The notes under the pieces are model-generated. The model saw only the letters and a list, made by a program, of their open reading frames with translations. It did no database searches and was not told where the DNA came from. A stretch of DNA of 64,000 bases. Origin: Eledone cirrhosa. Its lineage: Eukaryota. This document shows positions 1 to 12,914 of this stretch, piece by piece. The position numbers and the translations under genes were made by a program. The stretch lies in contig OZ024741.1 of NCBI GenBank assembly GCA_964016885.1, positions 233,802,001 through 233,866,000 on the forward strand. Direction: 5' to 3'. The stretch's first letter is position 1. Each line of letters starts with the position of its first letter.

Positions 1-210
1 AAAAACCTCTGTCCACAGGGTAAAAACCTTTCAGTCCACACTGTAAACGTGGTTGGTGTTAGGAAGGGCATCCAGCCGTAGAAAACCCGCCAGACAGTCC
101 TATACGAGCAAGACAACCAATCTTGCCTCAAGTGGGAAAATTCCTGTCCAAACCCATGCAAGCGTGGAAGATGGACGTTAAACGACGATGATGATGATGA
201 TGATGATGAT
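1..210 (+). mobile_element. 3' end (UTR + (GAT)n tail) of RTE-clade LINE
   Basis: Contains ggttggtgttaggaagggcatccagc...catgcaagcgtggaa...(gat)n, the same motifs as the 3' UTR of the intact RTE at 16365-16667. Confidence 0.85.
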
Positions 211-1010
211 ATATTTTATTTAGGTTTGCTGGTTCACCACTGGATCGAACTGGTCATTCCATATGGTCAACCTCGATGTAATATTAGGGAGAGCACTCGA
301 CGTAATGCAACTCACCCGTCTTCATTTGTATTGTTGGTGGTGCGAGTACGGAGTTAATTATTATAAAATAACAGGAGGCTGGACTGGTGTAATTCCTTAA
401 AAGGTTTATTATACTATGATCATTTCAGTGACCGGGTTCAGTTTGAATCTGGTGACATCATCAGGTATTCGAAATTTAATAAAGGAATATAATAGACAAA
501 ATCCATGGGGCTGAAAAGTAGAGACATGAGGGCGGCCAAACATTTAGCAGCTTCTAGCCCGGTCAACCGCCTTCATGTGATGATTATTAAGTCTTCTTAT
601 GTCCTTCTGGTGAAGGAGCGTAGGCGTATAGTGTACTACTACCACCCCGTCATAGACAGAGGCTAGCGGGGAGATCAGGTTACATTCAAGCTGGTCAGAA
701 GTGCTAGGAAGGGCCACAAAAAATATTTTATCAAGAAACATATATCTTTAACAAAGCTATATATAGTGGGCGTCTGCACAGTATATTGTAGGGTCAGAAA
801 TTACGATTAACAATTAGAAATGTTAAATTTATGTTTAGAGTTAAAAGATGCCATTTAAAATGAAATTAGAAAAGTAAGATTTAGGTTTAAAGTTGGGAGA
901 TTTAGTTAAAGAATTTACAGAAGGAGGCGTTTATGAAAAAGTTTAAGTGTATTATAGATAGTTACGATAAAGTTTCAGGGTAGAATATAGAGTAATGATT
1001 AAGGCCTTGC

Positions 1011-3290
1011 TTAGCGGTCATTAACCAGCCACGTGTCAACCGGCACAGCATCTCTCCACTTGTCACGGTCCTTCGTCATCTCTACCGTGTGCTTCAGCAA
1101 TCTGAGGTCTGTTCTCACCACCTCCGCCCATGTTTTTCGTGGTCTACCTCTACCACGTCTTCCTTCAACTGGCGTTTCCTGGCACTTCTTCACCTATCGG
1201 TCATCCTCCATGCGCATCACATCCATACCATCGTAGTCTCTTCTCTCGCACACTACAATTTATCCCTCTCAGACACAGTTTCTCTCTCAACACATCCATA
1301 CTCGGTCGTTCACGCACATTGACATTGCACATCCAATGGAGCATATTCGCCTCATTTCTCTCCAGCTGTTGCATATCCTCTGCACTTGCTGCCTATGTCT
1401 CACTACCATGCAGCATCGTGCTCCTCACACAGGCATCATATAACCGGCCTTTCGTACGCAGAGAGAAACCCTTCTTCGTCAGCAGAGGAAGCAGCTCCCT
1501 AAACTTCTTCCAACCCGAACATGGCCATTTCCCTGGTGGAATCAGAGTTTTGTCCTCTTTTCTACTTAACACTTTTGTCTTAGCTATATTCACTCTCATT
1601 CCTCTTGATTCCAACTGTTGTTTTCATAGCCAGAATTTATTCTCTAGCTCCTCTACTGATTCTGCTATAAGAACCAGATTGTCAGCATAGAGAAGTTCCC
1701 ACGGACAGCCAGTCTGTTCCCATGGACAGCCAGTTTTAAATTCCTCTGTTATGGCTTGGAGGACTATAATGAACAAGAGTGGGCTGAGGACCAAACCCTG
1801 ATGTACTCCTATTTGTATCTCGAATTCCTCACTAAACTCCATTCCTACCCTCATTTTACTGACAGCACCTCTGTACAAAGCTTGCAATGTCCTCACAAGC
1901 CATTCCTCAACACCTAGTTTCCTTAGGGACCACCAGATAACAGATCGGGGTACCCTATCAAAAGCCTTGCCTAGGTCAACAAAAGCTAAGTATAGTGGCT
2001 TATTCTTCTCTAAGAATCTCTCTTGTAATTGTCTCACCAAGAAGAGGGCATCTGTTCTACTTTTCTCAGGCACAAAACCAAACTGCATCTCATCTAGTTT
2101 GACCCTTTCTATAATTAGTTGTGCTAATATCCTTTCTGCCACTTTCATAACCTGATCCATCAGCTTTATGCCCCTATAATTGCTCCTCTCCAAAGCATCT
2201 CCTTTACCTTTGTAGCAATTTATGAAAATACTGCTGAATACCAGTCTTTGGGTATGACACCACCATATATAGCCTGATTGATGATGCATGCAACCAGTTT
2301 AGTGCCTACGTCCCCTGACGCTTCAGCATCTCAGCAACTATCCTCGACGGTCCAGCGGCCTTACCATTTTTCATTTCCTTAATCGCCTCTTGGACCCTAT
2401 ATTCGTCAATCTCAATAACTGGTCCCTCTGTCGAATTTACTGGAGGTAATTTCTCTCTCCCATTTGTTCTCCACATTCATCAGTCTCTCATAATGACATT
2501 TCCAGGCCTCCTTTTTCTGATAAGTCATGACACTAATTACACCGTTATCATTCCGGACACATTTATCTCCAACAACATCCTGATTTGCACTGACACACTG
2601 CCTTGCAATGCGGAACACCGCACGTCTCTGATCTTCCCGTCGCAGAACATTGGCAAACCTCCTATTCTCAGCCTCCCTGTTTAGCTTCTCTCTTAGCGGC
2701 TGTATATCCTTCTCTACTCCCACCCTTTTTCCAAGCCTTCCATGCTAGTCTTTTGTCTCTAATGGCCCTATCTACCGTGCTGTTCCACCACCAGGTCACT
2801 CTCTGTCTGGTTGGAGCTCTGCTCCAGCCACAAGTTTCTTCAGTAGCCTGCAGTAAGCTGTCACGTAAGAAATTCCAGTTATCATCTATGTCATACGACC
2901 CTAAATCGTCTTCTTTTGCGTCATACACATCTTGAAGGGCTTTCCTAAATTTGTATTTTAGTGAAAGGTCTTTTAACTTCCAGACCTTTCTTCTCCACAC
3001 CTTCCTGTATGTCTCATTTCGTCTCTTGCTTACTGCGATATCACTAACGACTAACCTATGCTGTGGGGTACATTCTTCCCCAGGGTATGCCTTGGTATTT
3101 GACACCATCAGTGTGTCCGGCTGCCTAACTAGCGAGAAGTCAATCTGGCTTATGTGCTCGCCTGATTTGTAGGTTATTAGGTGATTGGCAGGTTTCTGGA
3201 AGTTAGTGCACTTGCATAACAAAATTCAAGAAGTCTCACTCCTTCTTCATTTCTTGAGCCGTAACCGTGCCCACCATGTACTCCAGTAAG
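1011..3290 (-). mobile_element. Decayed RTE-clade LINE (APE + RT pseudo-ORF, several frameshifts)
   Basis: ORF pieces 2668-3222, 2412-2723, 1624-2289, 1393-1614 and 1011-1193 align in order to the intact RTE protein (NHLITYKSG, VTWWWN, NYRGIKL, AFVDLGKAFDRVP, LLYADN, GRGRPRKTW). Confidence 0.92.
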
Positions 3291-3849
3291 AAACAGGGGC
3301 CCTAGCATGGGACTAACTACACACAATTCGGATTTTGGCTGCATTAATTAATGTCTACCGCCCACCCGAACCCTGCATTGCTGCTTCCCTGTCGGGAACA
3401 CTCAAACTCCGTCAGACCTCATAGATTCTTTAAAAAATCAACATATTCTATTATACCTGTATTGTATTGACTGAATTCTCTATCCTATATTTCAGGGTTT
3501 TGGGGATTTCTAATTGAAAATTAAGACTCGAACCTACATTAGGTATCCCCTGATGCCTCTCAAAATCTTCCATCCTCTATATCTATATGTATAACCTTGT
3601 ATTCTCCAACCGTGCTATCTATTGTTCATTTACTGCACCCTGATCTGTATTTTATTTCTTCTGTATTTTGATTTCTTCGATGTTTTTATATACTTCCATT
3701 TTACTCCCTCAATTACCACCCTAGGTATGACTGCATTTTATTTATTCACCTTACTCTCCTTATATACTTATCCTTGTACTCGTCTGTTACCTAAAATTAG
3801 CACACATTTCAGCCGACACTTTTAAACTTCACAGCACGGGTGTGAATAA

Positions 3850-4683
3850 CTAATAATCGTTTGGTACACGCGATGATCCGACGGATGTGGCATCTTTCCC
3901 TCCAGCACGCCAGGCGCTTGGGTCGATCAACCTTCCTAGAGTGCTTGGAAAAATAAATTTCCCCTTCTTTCGGTAAACGAAAATACTCGGAACGGTTGAA
4001 GGGGTGCTCTTGCCGTAAGCCCGAAGTTTGTCCCCTTCAACAGCAATGCAACACACCCGCTGTAGTTTATGAAGCTGTGGTCACTTCCAACCAACCAAAT
4101 CAACCACAGGAGGTCAAATCTTATGTGGGTATGGTGGAGGGCCGATTTAAGAAACGCTTCCTGAACCACCAATCGACCTTCAGGTACTCGGACAGACGTT
4201 CATCCACGAAACTCGCGAGCCATGTATGGTCCCTCAAGGACTCAAATATAGACTACTCCATTCAATGGAAAGCCATCACTAAGTCCAAGCCATACGCAAG
4301 GGGCAATCCGTCGTGTGGACTATGTATTGATGAACGAATAAATATTCTAAAGAGATTACGCAATAGCGATTGCCTAAACTCAAGAAATGAATTCTTCACA
4401 CGTTGTCCACACGTCTGGTAACACCTCTTACACAACTACAAAGCTCCAGATTGAATTACACCAACATCCTAATTTTCTTATCAACTAGAAACTTTCGCAG
4501 TTATCTCCCTTACACCTCTCGCACGCAATTTAGTATTGCCTGAGGGAAGTGGGCGTTTCTGCGCATGCGCGTTCGTACGGTTGTCTTTCCTGTTCCGTAT
4601 AACCATGTCGATTACAAGATGAGGATCCGCTAAGGTGAAGCAATTGTTATAGGTATGGTCAACTAACTGTTGTGTAACCACTT
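3850..4683 (+). mobile_element. Penelope-like element 3' fragment: GIY-YIG endonuclease + 3' pLTR
   Basis: ORF 3996-4421 reads CSCRKPEVCPL..VVYEA..SYVGMVEGRFKKRFLNH..CGLCIDE..LNSRNE..CPH, homologous to the C-terminus of the 19105 PLE; degenerate hammerhead-like motif at 4619-4648. Confidence 0.85.
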
Positions 4684-5063
4684 CTATATAAATGTATATA
4701 TGTATATACATACATATATGTATATATAAATATATACATACATACATACATACTTACATATATATACATATATACACAGATATATAAATACATACATATA
4801 TACATACATATATATATATATACATATATACACATATAAATACATACATATATACATACATATACATATATACATACATATATATACATATATACATATA
4901 TATATATACATACATATATATATATACATACATATATATATATACATACATATATATATATATACATACATATATATATATACATACATATATATACATA
5001 TATACATACATATATATATATAAATATATACATATATATATATAAATATATACATATACATAC

Positions 5064-5094
<31 letters not shown>

Positions 5095-5108
5095 AACATA
5101 TACATATA
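4684..5108. repeat. (TA)n/(TACA)n compound microsatellite
   Basis: Seen directly. Confidence 0.97.
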
Positions 5109-8100
5109 ACTTTGAAATGTTTTGGCCAGTATTGGCCCAGGCCATGTCTAACTTAATAGCACCACCTGGCGAAGTCTTTCAATTCAGGATTTGGGCACCA
5201 TGGCCCATTCGAGAAGAGAATTACTGTTTGCGGAGACATATCCGGGTGTGGGTGGTTTGTCCGGGATTACTTGGAGGAATTTGTCCAAAGACTTCTTGAA
5301 TTTTGTGTGGTCAGTTTCTGTTTTGACGTGTCCTGGTGTGATGTTGAAGAGAGCAGAGCCAATTGAGGTGAAATAATTGTGCCGTATTGTTGTTATGAGT
5401 TGCGATTTAGATTTTTGTATGGGACGGATAGCACGGGGCCCAAGCCTTGGGTGTATCTTGAAGGCGATGCCAACATCATTTGGGCAGTGATGATGGAACA
5501 TTTTCCACATCATGCAGATAATATAACGCTCACGGCGACGTTGGAGTGAGTAAAGTTTCAGCTTTTCTAGTCGACCCCAGTAGTCAAGGTCTGACATGCC
5601 ATCTATCTTTTTCGTGATTGCCCTTTGAGGAGCTTCAAGTTTCATGATACTTTGTTTCGTGTGGGGAGACCACAGTGGACAACAGTATTCAAGGTGTGGT
5701 CGGGCAAAAGTAGAGAAGAGAAGGATAATGGTGTGGGAATCTCTCGACTGGAAGGTTCTGAGGATCCAGGAACACATTCTGCGGGCCATGTCAACTTTGC
5801 TGCTTATATGCATGGCCCAGTTTATGTTGCTGTCCACGGTTACTCCCAAGTCTCTGATGTTGTTAGATGCCACGAGAGTTTCCCCGGAGGGAAGGGAGTA
5901 CGGGAGTTTCAGAGCATCCTCTTTTCCAAAGTGGATCAGTTCGAATTTGTCTTCGTTCAGTAACATGTTGTTCTTTTCCGCCCATTGGGTAACAGCCAGT
6001 AGGTCTGACTGAAGGCTTATCCGGTCATCCACGCCATTGATGACCTTTTGGAGCTTGGAATCATCAGCGAAAATTTTAATGTTGCTGTGTTTGATGATGT
6101 CAGTGATGTCATTAATATAGATGATGAAGAGAAGTGGGCCCAACACAGTGCCTTGTGGGACCCCACTACTGACTTTGGCTGGGCTGGATTTGACTCCTTC
6201 AACTGCAACACGTTGGGTTCTGTTTGACAGGAAGCTCTTGATCCACTGCAGCAGCTTTCCAGTGACACCAATATTGGACAGCTTTCTCAGTAGAATGTTA
6301 TGATCAACCCTGTCAAAGGCCTTGCTGAAATCAAGGTAGATAACATCAGTGTTGGAACCCTCTCCCAAGGCTCCCAAAATGTCATCAAAGTGATGCAGTA
6401 GCTGCGTCAGGCAATCCCTTCCATTACGGAATCCATGCTGGTTGGAGTTCAGCATATTGTTACTCTCAAGGAAGTGGGTCATTCGCGATCTCACCACTCT
6501 CTCAAATACCTTAATGATATGAGAGGTGAGTGAGATTGGACGGTAATTCACGGCAAGGGATTTGTTTCCCTTTTTGAAAACTGGGACAACAGACTGGGAT
6601 AGAAGGTTTTCTGGCACATATCCAGCATCCAGTGAGTTCCGCCACAGATTGGCAAGAGGAGATGCAAGTTGGTGTTGACACGCCTTCAAGACACAAGCAG
6701 GGAACCTATCGGGACCTACTGCTGAATTATGCTTGATTTCCTTTATTGCCGCTAAGACATCAGGGGCGCCAAACGTTATGTCCGATAAGGTGTAATGGGG
6801 AGTAACATCGCCGATACAGCCCAGATCGGCCATATCAGGATTGCTGAAAACAGAGCAGTATTGTTTCTGCAGTATCTCACCCATGGTTTTAGCATTGTCT
6901 TGAAGAGTGCCATTTTCATCAATTAGAGGGCCAACAGTAGAGCCAGTGATTTTGTGTTTTTTTGCAAATGAAAAGAACACTTTGGGATTGAGTTTGATCT
7001 TCTCAATGGCCCAGGCCTCTTCAGCTCTTCTCTGATTGTTGATGAGGGACATTATGTTGTTTTGGAGGTTATGTTTTTTAATCTCTAGTGATGAAATGGC
7101 AGTCAAGTTGATGTGTTGCTGCTGACAGTATTTCAGCTTGTTGATTTTTTTTGTTCGTTCTCTTAATTTTTCTGATGAGCGTTTTTCTATTTCTAGGGAT
7201 TCTGCTCTTAGATTTGTTTATAGTTCTTAATGGGGTGTGTTTTGCACATATGTTTGTAACAGTGTCCACAAATGTCTGCCAGGACTTTTTGATGTTAGTG
7301 GGTGTATGAGTGTGCGTGAAGGACCAGTCGACATGTGCAAGATCATGACTGATCGCTTCCCAGTTTGCATTGTGGAAATCCATAGCGTCAAACGGATGGA
7401 CAGGAGAGATGACATTGGGTTTGTATATTGGACGGTGGAATCTCAGATCACAGAGAACCATGTCATGATCAGAGAGTAGAGTTTTCTCCACTGCAATATT
7501 GTGGATATTGTCAGTGTGATTGCTGAAAATTAAGTCTAGGACGTTTTTGTGGCACCTCGTTGGTTCGAGCACCAGTTGGGATAGGAAGAAATCATCCATG
7601 AAGTCAAGAAGCGATTCCACTGCTTCCCTGTCAGAGGTTGAGGCAGAAGAACCTGGTGGCAGGCTGTTTGTGGACCAGTCAACACCGGGGAGGTTGAAGT
7701 CCCCCATCATTAAGATGTTGTCAGGGTGACACTCTTGGATGAAACACTTTATGCTGTTGAGGCATTCCTTGAAGCATGGTACAGGCGTTTGGGGTGGCCT
7801 ATAGAGCCCAACTACTATTAGGTTGTTGGTTTGACTGAATACAGTGACTGCTTCGCAGTATCCATTAGTGAATATGTTCATAGCCCTTTCTTCTGCCAGC
7901 GCGATCAGCACGGATGGCTTTGAAATTTTTCACTTTCACCTCGGCTTCCAAGTGGAGGTTACTGAGATGGGTTTCAGTGAGGACGAAGAAAGGGATGTGG
8001 TTTGGATGGACATCAATCCAGTCCTCCAGGAATTTGATCTTCCATTTTTGAGTATTGGTGGAAGAGCTGATGCCTTGGGCGTTAAGCAAAAATGTAGAGG

Positions 8101-8925
8101 CGAGAGTGGATGGTTTTAATTGTTTTGGTGTGTTGTTAATTTGTTTGTTTGTTAATGGCAGCAATGGGAGTTTGTGCAGTGGGGTGATAGTGGAGGGTGG
8201 TGCTGGGTGATAGCTCGAATGTTTTTTTCCAGTTCTTTTGCCAGATTCATTATGGCTAAAAAAGAGGAAGAAGTTTCCTGTTTAGAAGACTGTTGGTGAC
8301 TGTGGTAGTGGTTATTTTTATGTAGGTTATGGTTTTTGTTTTTGCTTTTATTTTTAATTTTATTTTCATTTGTCCGACGGGTCCCCGGGAGATGGTTAAA
8401 GGGACAATCCCGGTCTAAACACAATCTGTCTTGCAGGGAAAAGCGGCAGATTTGTGGATTCCTTGTTTGAGCTATTGGTGGTTGTGTTGGTGTTAAATTA
8501 GAGTATGTATTATGGTGGTGGCTGTTTGTGGGGATAGATCGTTTTGTCCTAGGTAAATGGGTGAATTTGCAGCCACTATCCGTACATATTCTATAGCGTA
8601 GAGAGTAGCGGCAAATGATGGGGTTTCGAGTGGGTGGGTATGTGGGTGTGTGTGTTGTGAGAGGTGTAGATGATGGTTTGAGTAGGATTTGACGACCTTT
8701 GTGGACTGTGGGAGGGAGAGTTCTTGTACTGGTATTAGAAGGTAAATTCCTTGAGATAGCAGTAGCCAAAGATGTTGTTGTAGTAGTAGTAGTAGTAGTA
8801 GTAGGCAGAGAAGATGTTGGCAGTGGTGATGATTGGACTGCTGGGCCAGAGAAAGGATGTGGCGTTTCCTGCTGTGAGACAGAGGCTGCTGGGAGGTCAA
8901 TAGTTTCATTTAGTAGATCGGCCAT
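5109..8925 (-). mobile_element. Near full-length CR1/L2-group LINE: ORF1 with CCCH fingers, ORF2 (APE + RT) with two frameshifts
   Basis: ORF2 pieces 7865-8164 (LLNAQG..VLTETHL), 7078-7911 (GLYRPP, GDFNLP, LDLIF, SDH) and 5184-7106 (NYRPISLTS, QHGFR, YLDFSKAFDRV, GVPQGTVLGPLLF, FADDSK, LQRRRER); flanked on both sides by TA microsatellite. Confidence 0.92.
8152..8925 (-). CDS. LINE ORF1-like protein with two C-x8-C-x4-C-x3-H fingers and low-complexity Thr/Ser/Pro/Asn/His segments
   Basis: The non-microsatellite part of ORF 8152-9426 starts [10 protein letters not shown] (ATG at 8925); motifs [20 protein letters not shown] and [20 protein letters not shown]. Confidence 0.7.
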   Translation of the reverse strand: MADLLNETIDLPAASVSQQETPHPFSGPAVQSSPLPTSSLPTTTTTTTTTTSLATAISRNLPSNTSTRTLPPTVHKGRQILLKPSSTPLTTHTPTYPPTRNPIICRYSLRYRICTDSGCKFTHLPRTKRSIPTNSHHHNTYSNLTPTQPPIAQTRNPQICRFSLQDRLCLDRDCPFNHLPGTRRTNENKIKNKSKNKNHNLHKNNHYHSHQQSSKQETSSSFLAIMNLAKELEKNIRAITQHHPPLSPHCTNSHCCH

Positions 8926-9498
8926 ATATATATATATAAATATATACATATATATATATATAAATATATACATATATATATATATAAATATATACATATA
9001 TATATATATATAAATATATACATATATATAAATATATACATATATATATATAAATATATACATATATATATATATATAAATATATACATATATATATATA
9101 TATAAATATATACATATATATATATATATATAAATATATACATATATATATATATATATAAATATATACATATATATATATATATAAATATATACATATA
9201 TATATATATATAAATATATACATATATATATATAAATATATACATATATATATATAAATATATACATATATATAAATATATACATATATATATATATAAA
9301 AATATATACATATATAAAAATATATACATATATATATAAATATATACATATATATATAAATATATACATATATATATATATACATATAAATATATACATA
9401 TACATATAAATATATACAATATACATATAAATATATATATTTTAATATATACATATATATAAATATATACATATATATATATAAATATATACATACAT

Positions 9499-9529
<31 letters not shown>

Positions 9530-9634
9530 AATATATACATATATATAAATATATACATATATATAAATATATACATATATATAAATATATACATATATAT
9601 ATAAATATATACATATATATAAATATATACATAC

Positions 9635-9719
<85 letters not shown>

Positions 9720-9973
9720 CATACATATATATATATATAAATATATACATATAAATACATACATATATATATATATAAATATATACATATATATAAATAT
9801 ATACATATATAAATATATACATATATATATATAAATATATACATATATATAAATATATACATATATATATATAAATATAAATATATACATATATATAAAT
9901 ATATAAATATATACATATATATATATATACATATATGTATATATATATATATACATATATATATATACATATA

Positions 9974-10013
<40 letters not shown>
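8926..10013. repeat. Long (TA)n compound microsatellite with TAAA/TACA interruptions
   Basis: Seen directly. Confidence 0.97.
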
Positions 10014-10350
10014 CCCCCACCCCATCCACACCACCCCGTTCCATGTAAAGTTATGTTGGTGCCGCGCCATCCAGGCCGAAACAAACGAGATCGTGTAGGT
10101 GTCACGACAAAAAAACACACAGTCCACGCTGTAATGTGGCCGTGTAGGCAACACGGTAAAAACCTCCCAGACCCACACTGTAAATGTGGTTGGTGTTAGG
10201 AAGGGCATCCAACTGTAGAAAACCTGCCAGACAGTCCTATGCGAGCAAGACAATCACTCTTGCCTCAAGTGGGACTACCCCCGTCCAAACCCATGCAAGC
10301 GTGGAACACGGACGTTAAACGTTGATGATGATGATGATGATGATGATGAT
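10014..10350 (+). mobile_element. 5'-truncated RTE LINE 3' UTR with (GAT)n tail
   Basis: Near-identical to the reverse complement of 62083-62408. Confidence 0.85.
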
Positions 10351-10399
10351 ATATATACATATATGTATATATATATATACATATATATATACATATATG

Positions 10400-10431
<32 letters not shown>

Positions 10432-10470
10432 CATATATGTATATATATATATATACATATATATATATAC

Positions 10471-10519
<49 letters not shown>

Positions 10520-10530
10520 CATATATATAC

Positions 10531-10585
<55 letters not shown>

Positions 10586-10592
10586 CATATAC

Positions 10593-10683
<91 letters not shown>

Positions 10684-10715
10684 AATATATATATATATAA
10701 ATATATACATATAAA
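10351..10715. repeat. (TA)n/(TACA) microsatellite
   Basis: Seen directly. Confidence 0.97.
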
Positions 10716-10923
10716 TATAGTATTAGTTATACTATTTATGGTTATGTAAATACAAAACCTTATGCAGTTATAAGTATTTTACACACACCCTAAATAGTGG
10801 TAGGCAGTAATGTATTACTACCTTATTACCAGTAAGTTAAGTAGCTCAATGTAAAAACATCAGATGATTTACAGAGCAGTTATATGAAATATAAGAATCA
10901 AAGAACTGTTCAAAACATTATTG

Positions 10924-10970
10924 TGCCTACAGCTGTTTCCTCCAAACCGAAGTTTGGATTCTTCGGAGCA
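10924..10970 (-). ncRNA. Type I minimal hammerhead-like ribozyme (core CCGAAGA...GAAAC, GUA site)
   Basis: Minus strand UGCU-CCGAAGA-A-UCCAAAC(UUCG)GUUUGGA-G-GAAAC-AGCU-GUA-GGCA: stems I, II and III pair; palindromic stem III loop as in PLE hammerheads. Confidence 0.65.
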
Positions 10971-12089
10971 ATTTATTAATGCATAGACAGTTATATGACC
11001 TCGTTTTCAGCCGAGAGACATACCGATACATATTCAAACATTGTGGGTCAACATTCATTACAGAATTTAGAGTGGCAGTACACACTTCGAGATTACATTT
11101 ATATTAAGAGGTACAATCAAAAATCAAAAATACAGGTTAAAATAAGCGGTTATATAGTGCAAATGTTATATGTGTGGCACGCATGTGCGTCTTGTTTATA
11201 TAGTGTGGCAGAGAGATATGTGTGGTAGAGGCACTTAGGTAGGTAAACAAGAGTGTTAGGTTGGTAGATCTGGTGGCAAATTCTTTATATGATTGATATA
11301 GTCTGTGTGTGGAGAAATGTTATAAGCATTAAAAGTGTTAAAAGTATTGGAGATGCACAGCGAAGGGATGTCAAGTATTTCATGTACTTCGACATTTTCA
11401 TGGTCAGGTGAGTGTATTTTTCGATTATATGCCCCTCACATAATCCACGGCAATTCGATATTGAGCGTTTGACAATCCAGTTAGAGATCGTAGTCTGGTG
11501 TTCTTTAGTTCAATACAGGAGGCTGTTAGGTTTCGAGAATCGCCATTGAATACCACCCGGAAGTGTGTGTGTGGCTAAGGGGAGTTAATGCATGCGGGGA
11601 GGTAACTCCGGGGTTTCTATACCTAGCTATTAAAATGTGTCACAATATAGACCCTAATTTCTATGGTGATGCGCATCCTCCAAAAAAATGTTTAAAGCAT
11701 AAAGTGTATTAACTATAGAGTAGTTTAATTAAGTTATGCTGAAGGTGATCATATTATTATGGTGGATTAACCCATCGTAAGGTGCCACAAATGGAAATTA
11801 TAGATGATGAGCGAGCATTCTAACTTAATGATCTCTGTGGTTGTAGTTTACTCATAGGACCAGGCGCGGTGATTGCAGGCTTGCTTCAGGACCCAATGAT
11901 CTCTGGTAAGTTCTGGGTCATCGCTTGCTACATTGGATGTCGAAAGATAATCATCCCCAGGCCGGCCAGAGGTCAATCCGCAGTCCTCGCGACCCCTCTC
12001 TGACATATAAATATATACATATATATATAAATATATACATATATATATATATATATATACATCCATATATGGTGGCTGCCAACTCGTTT

Positions 12090-12686
12090 TCGAGTACGGC
12101 CACTACTTTATATCCATGTAGGAGAACCCCTACCGATGCGCTAAACAAGTGTGACTTTTTAGTCCAGCCAGCGACTTGAAAACTCTGGTACAAACACTAC
12201 ACCTGTGACAATTATTGACACATAGTGCTAGGCCCATGGTACCATGTGATGACAAGTGCAGAGATCTCCAGATATAAAGCAATGCCTGTGCCGTGAAGCT
12301 TTTATAGTGAGCAAAGGCACTGCACAAAGCCAGTCCCACTCTCTTAACCAAGATGATATTTACCAAAAAGAAGAACAAGTCAACATCATTGGATACCATC
12401 AGGGTTGCAGGTGTTATATCAGAGTTTTCCTTCTCCTAGAATTCTGCCTTGACAAAGGCTAAGGGGTCATCTCTCCCAGTGATTTTGGATGGTCATTGAC
12501 GCTTAAGAGCTCCTTTGCCCTTTGACAGGTTTTGTTTTTAGTCCTGCAGGATGTCCAAAGTCACCCTTCTCGCCAAGAAACTTTGGTGGGGTTGCCAGTT
12601 TAGTCGCCAACGACCCGACCATGAGACAGGTTGTACTGGGATACATGTTACCAGTAGCACCAACTGGTGACCTGACATACATCCAT
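12090..12686 (-). mobile_element. Internally deleted RTE/BovB-like non-autonomous element (putative 5' UTR joined to 3' zinc-finger end)
   Basis: 3' part encodes CSVCTRVFKSLAGLKSH, similar to the 3' end at 40940-41010; its 5' terminus (gtcaggtcaccagttggtgctactggtaacat) recurs at 17695-17726. Confidence 0.5.
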
Positions 12687-12772
12687 ATATATATACGTAC
12701 ATACATATATATATATACATATATACATACATATATATACATACATACATACATATATATATATATACATAC

Positions 12773-12811
<39 letters not shown>

Positions 12812-12914
12812 CATATATACACATACATACATATATATATACATATATACATACATATATATATACATACATACATACATATATATATACATACATATAT
12901 ATATACATACATAT

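Noticed and set aside
211-1010. Short ORF 544-741 and surrounding unique sequence; likewise ORF 42320-42793
   Set aside because: No recognisable domain; probably decayed repeat sequence and cannot be assigned by eye
4619-4648. Hammerhead-like remnant in the pLTR of the first PLE as a functional ribozyme
   Set aside because: Core has AUGAGGA and GAAGC changes and stem I does not pair; treated as a dead relic
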